32,000 nucleotides of DNA. Source: Corynebacterium amycolatum. GTDB taxonomy: Bacteria > Actinomycetota > Actinomycetes > Mycobacteriales > Mycobacteriaceae. Position 1 is the first letter of the stretch. Every line of letters starts with the position of its first letter. The DNA lies in assembly GCF_049243625.1 (NCBI RefSeq), contig NZ_CP046975.1, one strand, 5' to 3'. The position numbers and the translations under genes were made by a program. Under the pieces are notes generated by a model. That model worked only from the letters and a program-made list of their open reading frames with translations, was not told the origin of the DNA and did no database searches. This document shows positions 18,748 through 25,753 of this stretch, one piece after another.

Positions 18748-19932
18748 ATGGCTTTGACCCCAGGATTCGACCTGTTCCAGCTGCCAGAGGAGCACCAGGA
18801 GCTCCGCGCCGTTATCCGTGATCTGGCGGAGAAGCAGATTGCTCCGTACGCAGCGGACGTCGATGAGAATGAGCGTTTCCCGGAGGAGGCCCTGAAGGCT
18901 CTCAACGAGGCTGGCTTCAACGCCGTCCACGTGCCGGAGCAGTTCGGTGGTCAGGGTGCGGACTCGGTTGCGGCCTGCATCGTCATTGAGGAAGTTGCTC
19001 GCGTCTGTGGCTCGTCCTCCCTTATCCCGGCTGTGAACAAGCTGGGCACCATGGGCCTGATCCTCAAGGGCTCCGACGAGCTGAAGAGCAAGGTCCTGCC
19101 GGACATCGCCAACGGTGAAATGGCTTCCTACGCGCTGACTGAGCGCGAGGCTGGTTCGGATGCCGGGTCCATGAAGACCCGCGCTGTCCGTGAGGGCGAT
19201 GAGTGGGTCCTCAACGGCTCCAAGTGCTTCATCACCAACGGTGGCCGCTCCACTTGGTACACCGTCATGGCTGTCACCGACCCGGAGAAGGGTGCCAACG
19301 GCATCTCCGCATTCATGGTTCACAAGGACGACGAGGGCTTCCGCGTCGGTGGCCTGGAGCACAAGCTGGGCATCAAGGGCTCCCCGACCGCGGAGCTGTA
19401 CTTCGAAAACTGCCGTATCCCGGCTGACCGCATCATCGGTGAAGAGGGCACTGGTTTCAAGACCGCCCTGGAGACCCTGGACCACACCCGCCCGACCATT
19501 GGTGCACAGGCACTGGGTATTGCGCAGGGTGCTTACGACTACGCCGTTGGTTACGTGCAGGAGCGTCAGCAGTTCGGCAAGCCGATTGCTGCTTTCCAGA
19601 ACACCCAGTTCATGCTGGCTGACATGCGTATGAAGATTGACGCTGCTCGTCTCATGGTCTACACCGCAGCCGCTAACGCTGAGCGTGGCACTGCTGAGGG
19701 CGGCGCTCGCCTGGGCATGATGGCCGCAAACGCCAAGGCTTTCGCCTCCGACGTTGCTATGCAGGTCACCACTGACGCTGTGCAGCTGCTCGGTGGTTAC
19801 GGCTTCACCCGTGACTTCCCGGTTGAGCGCATGATGCGTGACGCCAAGATCACCCAGATCTACGAGGGCACCAACCAGATTTGCCGCATGGTCGCAGGTC
19901 GCCAGATTCTCGCAGACGCTCAGAAGCGCTAG
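18748..19932 (+). CDS. Acyl-CoA dehydrogenase (FadE25-like)
   Basis: ACAD motifs YALTEREAGSDAGSMKTRA, GIKGSPTAEL and YEGTNQI are present. GGGAGGA serves as the SD. Codon usage is strongly biased. Confidence 0.9.
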   Translation: MALTPGFDLFQLPEEHQELRAVIRDLAEKQIAPYAADVDENERFPEEALKALNEAGFNAVHVPEQFGGQGADSVAACIVIEEVARVCGSSSLIPAVNKLGTMGLILKGSDELKSKVLPDIANGEMASYALTEREAGSDAGSMKTRAVREGDEWVLNGSKCFITNGGRSTWYTVMAVTDPEKGANGISAFMVHKDDEGFRVGGLEHKLGIKGSPTAELYFENCRIPADRIIGEEGTGFKTALETLDHTRPTIGAQALGIAQGAYDYAVGYVQERQQFGKPIAAFQNTQFMLADMRMKIDAARLMVYTAAANAERGTAEGGARLGMMAANAKAFASDVAMQVTTDAVQLLGGYGFTRDFPVERMMRDAKITQIYEGTNQICRMVAGRQILADAQKR

Positions 19933-19950
19933 TCACCAGTGCAAACGCTA

Positions 19951-19981
19951 AGCCCTCGCTATCAAGGCGGGGGCTTTTTTC
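19951..19981 (+). terminator. Rho-independent terminator after the acyl-CoA dehydrogenase gene
   Basis: AGCCCTCGC (19951-19959) pairs with GCGGGGGCT (19967-19975), including one G-U pair, followed by TTTTTT. Confidence 0.8.
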
Positions 19982-20016
19982 ACGCCACCACATCACCCAG
20001 AATTTGTCTATTAACC

Positions 20017-20087
20017 CCAATGCGAGTTACTGACTGCGTTTATGTTTGGCGACCGCGAGCCAATGCGAGTTACTGACTGCGTCTATG
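20017..20087. repeat. Direct repeat of 28 nt, two copies, 43-bp period
   Basis: CCAATGCGAGTTACTGACTGCGT(T/C)TATG occurs at 20017-20044 and 20060-20087 with one mismatch. Confidence 0.85.
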
Positions 20088-20461
20088 ACAAAAATGGCCC
20101 GAAAAACGGCTTCAAAATGTCATAAACTCGCACAGTTTCACATTTGCAGCCCGTAAGTTTTTGGGATAAGTAGCAAGAAGCATGTCCGGTCGGCGTGTGG
20201 CCGGGGTTAGGTTTGTCTCTTAACCCCAGGTTTTCGGCCGTCCCGCACGAGTCCGGCACCACACCATCCACCAGCTCGCCAGCAGCCGCACGCATCAGCC
20301 TCGCTAATCACACCCTCATTTCGCCAACCAAGCACAGGTAGCTACAACGATTGCCTCTACTCCCCGGTCAAGAGTGGGTTGGAGGTCAGGGGCGAAAGCT
20401 GGGTTGTGGTTGCCAACAGCGCTGCTCTCATCCGCGAAGCCGCCGAGTCACTAAGAGCTGC

Positions 20462-20959
20462 CTACGTCGTCACAAAGAACTTCTGGTTTCGCTCGCCACG
20501 GTAGGACTGGACGGTTGCAGTTGCGGCGATGATAGAGGCAACAATCAGCAGGCCAGCTGTAATCAAACCGAGCACCGATGAGTCTCCGGAGCGCAACTGG
20601 GAAATCGTTCCGACCAGAGTCATTGATGCATTAATGACAAAAACTGCCGCTGCCACGGACAGCACCGTGCGCGCTGCAGTCGATCCTTCAAGGAGTTTGC
20701 CAGCAAGCCACCAGCACGCAATCGCCGTTGCCGTCTGCGCGATAATTGCAAACGCGAAGCTCACAGCCAAGCTGGTCTGAGCAGCAGAAATCTCGATGTT
20801 GTTGGCCTTTGCCGCTTCCGTAACAGTCGCATCCCATTTCAATAGGGAACTGACCACGGTGAGGAGTAGCGCCGGGACGTAAGAATATACCGCCAGCCGC
20901 CACCACCTAAAGGACTGCGCCGCATGGTAAGGAACGTCTTTAGCCGAATTGACTACCAT
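20462..20959 (-). CDS. Hypothetical membrane protein (165 aa, about 4 helices)
   Basis: The ORF has four hydrophobic segments and Trp-rich helix ends. The SD is weak (GGAG 2 nt from the ATG). I recognise no family. Confidence 0.55.
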   Translation of the reverse strand: MVVNSAKDVPYHAAQSFRWWRLAVYSYVPALLLTVVSSLLKWDATVTEAAKANNIEISAAQTSLAVSFAFAIIAQTATAIACWWLAGKLLEGSTAARTVLSVAAAVFVINASMTLVGTISQLRSGDSSVLGLITAGLLIVASIIAATATVQSYRGERNQKFFVTT

Positions 20960-21066
20960 AACTCCACACTCTAAACCACGCTGTCTCGGCGCGAAACGTC
21001 ACTGCTAGGTTGCACTTATCGCTTGCCGACGAGCAGATAATCGGCAACCGTCGAAAAAGCTAACTT

Positions 21067-21678
21067 TTATACAGCGCTGGTGCGGTACGGGTCGGTGAAG
21101 TCGACACCTTGGGTTTCCCACACGCGACGCAGTTCGTCAACGCCCTTAGCGCGAGCAAGGGCAAATTCGTTGGTTGTGGCCGGGACTGGCTGGAAGATCG
21201 TGACTTCGGTTTCCTCTACCACGACCGGCGGGATTTCTGCCTTGAGCAGCACAAAACCGGTGAAGCGCGATTGATCCCACAGTGGCTGGCCGAAGTCGAT
21301 AAGTGCACCCTCGGTGAGGATGAGGCCTTCGATGCTTGGGGAAGCGGCAAGAATACCCAGCGGGCGGATGACTTCGTCCAGACCACCACGAATAGGCAAG
21401 ATGAGCTCGGCACGCGGGCCAGAGTTGGTGTCCACCACCATTGCGGACGGATCTTGCATTGCCTCGGCACTGCAACCGAGTGTTGCGTAGGTGACAATCC
21501 GGCCTGTGTCAGGTCCGAAGCGCAGCATCTTCAGCGGAGCAGAGCCGAGGAAGGTCAGCTGGGCTTCGCCGGGGTTGGACTCTTCAAAGTAGGAGGTAAA
21601 TGCTGCTCGGACGGCTTTGATAATCGCATTGCCATCAGGGCCGGCGGGAGGGATGGGGCCGGTTAAGTTATCGAACAC
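21067..21678 (-). CDS. Hypothetical cytoplasmic protein, possibly SUFU-like (suppressor-of-fused domain)
   Basis: The GTG start has AAGGAG 8 nt upstream. The pattern RFGPDTGRIVTYATLGCS...ILPIRGG...PVPATTNEFALARAKGVDEL resembles bacterial SUFU-domain proteins, from memory only. Confidence 0.5.
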   Translation of the reverse strand: MFDNLTGPIPPAGPDGNAIIKAVRAAFTSYFEESNPGEAQLTFLGSAPLKMLRFGPDTGRIVTYATLGCSAEAMQDPSAMVVDTNSGPRAELILPIRGGLDEVIRPLGILAASPSIEGLILTEGALIDFGQPLWDQSRFTGFVLLKAEIPPVVVEETEVTIFQPVPATTNEFALARAKGVDELRRVWETQGVDFTDPYRTSAV

Positions 21679-21708
21679 GAACGGTACTCCTTTGTTGAGG
21701 TGGTAGTT

Positions 21709-22353
21709 CTAGGCTGCAGGCGAAAGCTCAACAGCGTCAGCCCACGTCGCTTCGAGGTTCAAAGTCTGCATCCACGCATCAATGTTGTCACCGTGTGCAG
21801 CGATTGCGGCGCGTGCAGTCAGCGTGGTCTCGATAGCGAACTCGGTGAGTTCATCGCTAATCAGTCCCTGAGTGTGGGCCGCGACGAGCTCGTCGACATC
21901 TTCAACTCGAATCTGTGTGGCCGCATCGACAGGTAGGGGAGCTATGGCCTCAGGGGCGGTCGGTGCCTGCAGGATGTCGAGATACAAATCGGTCATACGC
22001 CAGCACTGCGGATCAGTCCGGTCGATGCTGACAATATCGACGTAGCGTTGGTGTTCCACCTTCACGCCCGGGCGGAAGTGATAAATGCTGATGCGCAACC
22101 CCTCGTCGGCAAGCAGGAATGACTCAAGATATCCAAACTTTGGATGATCCATCCCACGGCGCATATAGAGGCGGCTGGGCGTGAGAGCTCGGAACTCGTC
22201 GACTTTGCGCTGAAAGCCCTTGGGGTCGGTGTTGACCATTTCACGTAGGTCAAAGGTCTCGACTTTTGGAGGATGTGTGTCCTGACTCGAGTGAATCGGG
22301 GAGAGTGCAGGAGCTGCCGCGGTCGAAGCCGAAGTGGCCGGTGAAGTGGACAT
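21709..22353 (-). CDS. DUF402 domain protein
   Basis: The core FGYLESFLLADEGLRISIYHFRPG...YVDIVSIDRTDPQCWRMTDLYLDIL matches the DUF402 pattern (Y-DI...W...DLxLD). The N-terminus is Ser/Thr/Ala-rich. Confidence 0.65.
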   Translation of the reverse strand: MSTSPATSASTAAAPALSPIHSSQDTHPPKVETFDLREMVNTDPKGFQRKVDEFRALTPSRLYMRRGMDHPKFGYLESFLLADEGLRISIYHFRPGVKVEHQRYVDIVSIDRTDPQCWRMTDLYLDILQAPTAPEAIAPLPVDAATQIRVEDVDELVAAHTQGLISDELTEFAIETTLTARAAIAAHGDNIDAWMQTLNLEATWADAVELSPAA

Positions 22354-22392
22354 GCGAATACCTTAACGTGTGGGTGCTGCCTTTTTGGGCAT

Positions 22393-22430
22393 AGAAAAGC
22401 CCTTTCTGCATACGTGATGCAAAAAGGGCT
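22393..22430 (-). terminator. Rho-independent terminator of the secreted-protein gene
   Basis: A 14-bp stem pairs AGCCCTTTCTGCAT (22398-22411) with ATGCAAAAAGGGCT (22417-22430), with one mismatch. On the minus strand it is followed by TTTTCT. Confidence 0.75.
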
Positions 22431-22449
22431 AGGGGAGAACTAGAAAAAC

Positions 22450-23142
22450 TTAGTTCAGGCCGACCGGGAAGACACCGGCGGTCGGGGTGTAGCTGCAGTT
22501 GGTCGGACCAGGCTCTTCCTGAGTGGTGATACCGCCCTGCATGACAGCGATGACCAAGCCCTTGCCCGTGTCAGCGGTGCCGTTGACAGCGCCCGGGCCC
22601 TCCTCGGCGTTAATACCGTTGTTCTGCAGGGTGGTCTTGCCGTACTTGCCGTTGGCAACGTTGACCCAGTAGACGTTCATCTCGGTGTTCTGTTCCTTAG
22701 CCAGCTGCTTGGTGCCCAGGCCAGTGAAGACGAAGCCAAGCTGGTTCTCCGGAACGCCAGGCAGCGGCAGGTCAGCCGGACCCGGAACGGAGGTGGCCAT
22801 ACCGATGGAGCGGCTTTCGCCACCGATGCACTTGTCAGCCACGGTCGGCAGCAGGAACTGGTTGGTCTTCGGGGCGCCTTCCGGAACCTTGAAGCCCGGC
22901 TCGCCGTCGCCCTCACCAGTCAGGAAGTCAATTCCCTTGTTCAGCGCGCTTGAAATTTCCTCAGGAACGCCTGGGGAGTTAATGATGTCGCGCGCGTTGC
23001 CGTAAAGATCCGGCGAAGCGATGTTCAGGGAGTCCAGCGAGGGGGAAGCAGAAGCGGCGGGAGTCATGCCCGCAGTGAGAATTGCAGCTGCACCCAAGGT
23101 CGCTGCGGCACGGCGAAGGAAGGAGCGTCCAGTCGAAACCAC
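22450..23142 (-). CDS. Secreted protein of unknown function
   Basis: The GTG start has GAGAGG upstream. The signal peptide is GRSFLRRAAATLGAAAILTAGMTPAASA/SP, with an RR pair. Two Cys residues are present, and codon usage is strongly biased, suggesting high expression. Confidence 0.75.
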   Translation of the reverse strand: MVSTGRSFLRRAAATLGAAAILTAGMTPAASASPSLDSLNIASPDLYGNARDIINSPGVPEEISSALNKGIDFLTGEGDGEPGFKVPEGAPKTNQFLLPTVADKCIGGESRSIGMATSVPGPADLPLPGVPENQLGFVFTGLGTKQLAKEQNTEMNVYWVNVANGKYGKTTLQNNGINAEEGPGAVNGTADTGKGLVIAVMQGGITTQEEPGPTNCSYTPTAGVFPVGLN

Positions 23143-23169
23143 GGTGAAGTACCTCTCATTCGTGGGCTA

Positions 23170-23222
23170 TTGGAGTCGGAATCAAAATTTCGGAATCGTT
23201 GCTCATCTTAGAACGACTCCAA
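23170..23222. promoter_or_regulatory. 9-bp inverted repeat upstream of the secreted-protein gene
   Basis: TTGGAGTCG (23170-23178) pairs with CGACTCCAA (23214-23222). The spacer is 35 nt and contains TCGGAATC twice. Confidence 0.35.
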
Positions 23223-23693
23223 CGTGAATTGGAAAGATTTGAAAAAGAAATGTTCAGAATCTTCTCAGGAGATTAACGCACGGGTTCCCGCGTGTCGCAA
23301 GTCAATCAGAGTGGATGAAGGTGTAGAAAGAGATGATTGTGACAATTGAGGCACACTGCATGCTTATGGGGTTAATGGCGTTTCGCAGCGTGTAAGCAGG
23401 TGGAGTCAAGTCTCATCCCGTGGGGTTACAACTATGGCATTTGGTCACATCTATCACATGGTGGGCTGAGAGATTGCCGTCGTGAAGCGTTGTGGTGTGG
23501 GTGGATATGCCGTTATGGCTGTCGGTAAAGCGGGGGTGCAGCAAGGGGGTAATTTATGCCTAGGGGCGGCGCGGCAATGCCACTTTGCATGACGGATAGG
23601 TGCTCGGGGTTGCGAGAAGCTCTGCCAGATGTGCAGGGCCATTAAGAAGGAGTACACTGTAGAACGCTTTATTACGCGTTGATGCGGGGCGTT

Positions 23694-23715
23694 AAAGACA
23701 GTCGCAAAGACAGTC
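23694..23715 (+). promoter_or_regulatory. Perfect 10-bp tandem direct repeat with 12-bp period in the typA upstream region
   Basis: AAAGACAGTC gc AAAGACAGTC lies about 65 nt upstream of the typA GTG. Confidence 0.35.
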
Positions 23716-23777
23716 CTTTAGGGCAAGGCCGTATCTTTTTCTTTTAGTCCTCTTAGCTTGTTAGGAGCTATCCGCCT

Positions 23778-25691
23778 GTGAGCGATACCGAGTTCCGTAA
23801 TGTCGCCATTGTCGCGCACGTCGACCATGGCAAGACCACTCTCGTGAACGCCATGCTGGAGCAGTCCGGCGTTTTCAGCGACCACGAAGAAGTTGCAGAC
23901 CGAGTGATGGACTCTGGTGACCTTGAAAAGGAAAAGGGCATCACCATCTTGGCGAAGAACACCGCTATTCGCCGAAAAGGTGAGGGCAAGAACGGCGAAG
24001 ATCTCATCATCAACGTCATTGACACCCCTGGCCACGCCGACTTCGGTGGTGAGGTGGAGCGAGCGCTGTCCATGGTTGACGGCGTCGTGCTGCTGATTGA
24101 CTCTTCCGAAGGTCCGTTGCCACAGACTCGCTTCGTGCTGGGCAAGGCCCTGGCTGCGTCCATGCCAGTCATCATTGTGGTCAACAAGACCGACCGTCCA
24201 GATGCGCGTATCGACGAGGTTGTTGAGGAAGCCCAGGATCTGCTGCTAGAGCTAGCCTCTACCCTGGAAGACCCGGAAGCTGCTGAGGTCGCAGAGCGCA
24301 ACCTTGAGCTGCCGGTTCTCTATGCTTCCGGTCGTGCCGGTAAGGCTTCGACGGAGAACCCGGGTAACGGCAACTTGCCGGAGTCTGAGAACCTGCAGCC
24401 GCTGTTCGACGTCATCACCGAGGTGCTCCCGGAGCCGTCCGCTGAGATTGATGCCCCGCTGCAGGCGCAGGTTACTAACCTGGACTCCAGCTCCTTCCTT
24501 GGTCGAATTGGCCTGATTCGTATTCACAAGGGCCGTATCCGCAAGGGACAGCAGATTTCGTGGATTCACTATGACTCTGATGGCAATGAGCACATCAAGA
24601 ACGCGAAGGTCGCGGAGCTGTTGCGTACCGTCGGTGTGACCCGTGTTCCTGCTGAAGAGGCCATTGCAGGTGACATCGCTGCTATCTCCGGTATCGATGA
24701 GGTCATGATCGGTGACTCTCTCTGTGATGCTGAGCACCCGGATCCGCTGCCACGCATTCTGGTCGATGAGCCGGCTATCTCCATGACGATCGGTGTGAAC
24801 ACCTCGCCACTGGCAGGCCAGGGTGGTGGCGATAAGCTGACCGCTCGTATGGTCAAGGCCCGCCTGGACCAGGAGCTGATCGGTAACGTCTCGCTGCGCG
24901 TGCTGCCGACCGAACGCCCGGATGCCTGGGAGGTGCAGGGCCGTGGTGAAATGGCGCTGTCCGTCCTGGTTGAAACCATGCGCCGTGAAGGCTTTGAGCT
25001 GACCGTCGGTAAGCCGCAGGTTGTGACCAAGACCGTCGATGGCAAGGTTGAAGAGCCGTACGAGCACTTGACCATCGATGTTCCAGAAGAGCACCTGGGT
25101 GCGGTCACCCAGCTGATGGCGGCTCGTAAGGGACGCATGGAACAGATGGGTAACCAGGGCACCGGTTGGGTGCGCATGGAGTTTCTCATTCCGTCCCGCG
25201 GTCTGATTGGCTTCCGCACCACTTTCATGACGGAGACCAAGGGCACCGGTATCGCCAACCACTACTCGGCAGGTTATGGCGAGTGGGCAGGCGAGATTAA
25301 GGATCGCCCGACTGGTTCGCTGGTGGCTGACCGTACCGGCCAGATCACCGCTTACGCGCTGATCCAGCTTTCTGACCGCGGTACTTTCTTCGTCGAGCCG
25401 GGTGACCAGGCCTATGAGGGCATGGTCGTTGGCCAGAATCCGCGTGATGAGGACATGGACATCAACATCACCAAGGAAAAGAAGCTGACGAATATGCGCG
25501 CAGCCTCGGCTGATGCGACCGTGACCCTGGAGAAGGCTCACAAGCTCTCCCTCGATGAGGCTATGGAGTTCTGTGGCGCTGACGAGTGTGTTGAGGTCAC
25601 CCCGGAGGGCATTCGCGTACGCAAGCAGATCCTCAGCGCCACCGATCGCGCTCGCGCCCGTTCCCGCGCGAAGGCAATGAATAAGAAGTAA
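23778..25691 (+). CDS. typA: Translational GTPase TypA/BipA
   Basis: GTPase motifs AHVDHGKTT, DTPGHADFGGE and NKTD are present, and the 637-aa product has EF-G-like architecture. The GTG start has AGGAG 10 nt upstream. Confidence 0.95.
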   Translation: MSDTEFRNVAIVAHVDHGKTTLVNAMLEQSGVFSDHEEVADRVMDSGDLEKEKGITILAKNTAIRRKGEGKNGEDLIINVIDTPGHADFGGEVERALSMVDGVVLLIDSSEGPLPQTRFVLGKALAASMPVIIVVNKTDRPDARIDEVVEEAQDLLLELASTLEDPEAAEVAERNLELPVLYASGRAGKASTENPGNGNLPESENLQPLFDVITEVLPEPSAEIDAPLQAQVTNLDSSSFLGRIGLIRIHKGRIRKGQQISWIHYDSDGNEHIKNAKVAELLRTVGVTRVPAEEAIAGDIAAISGIDEVMIGDSLCDAEHPDPLPRILVDEPAISMTIGVNTSPLAGQGGGDKLTARMVKARLDQELIGNVSLRVLPTERPDAWEVQGRGEMALSVLVETMRREGFELTVGKPQVVTKTVDGKVEEPYEHLTIDVPEEHLGAVTQLMAARKGRMEQMGNQGTGWVRMEFLIPSRGLIGFRTTFMTETKGTGIANHYSAGYGEWAGEIKDRPTGSLVADRTGQITAYALIQLSDRGTFFVEPGDQAYEGMVVGQNPRDEDMDINITKEKKLTNMRAASADATVTLEKAHKLSLDEAMEFCGADECVEVTPEGIRVRKQILSATDRARARSRAKAMNKK

Positions 25692-25753
25692 TTCGGGTTA
25701 CTAGGGGACTGGGCGACCTGGAAAACCAGTCTCGGGGTAACTGACTCGGCCAG

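Noticed and set aside
18643-19485. 280-aa minus ORF antisense to the acyl-CoA dehydrogenase gene
   Set aside because: It is a shadow frame of a strongly codon-biased, motif-confirmed gene.
20083-20581. 70-aa minus ORF, 76-aa plus ORF, and an unlisted plus-frame stretch ending at 20500 (…SGLEVRGESWVVVANSAALIREAAESLRAAYVVTKNFWFRSPR)
   Set aside because: None has a credible start with an SD. The N-terminal parts are low-complexity, and the stretch overlaps the 3' end of the membrane-protein gene. It could be a gene remnant, but that is not supportable from sequence alone.
23454-23657. 67-aa minus ORF in the typA upstream region
   Set aside because: It has no SD and an odd composition (His/Pro/Trp/Cys-rich). 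More likely the region is non-coding.
24252-25541. 429-aa and 229-aa minus ORFs antisense to typA
   Set aside because: They are shadow frames of a highly conserved GTPase gene.
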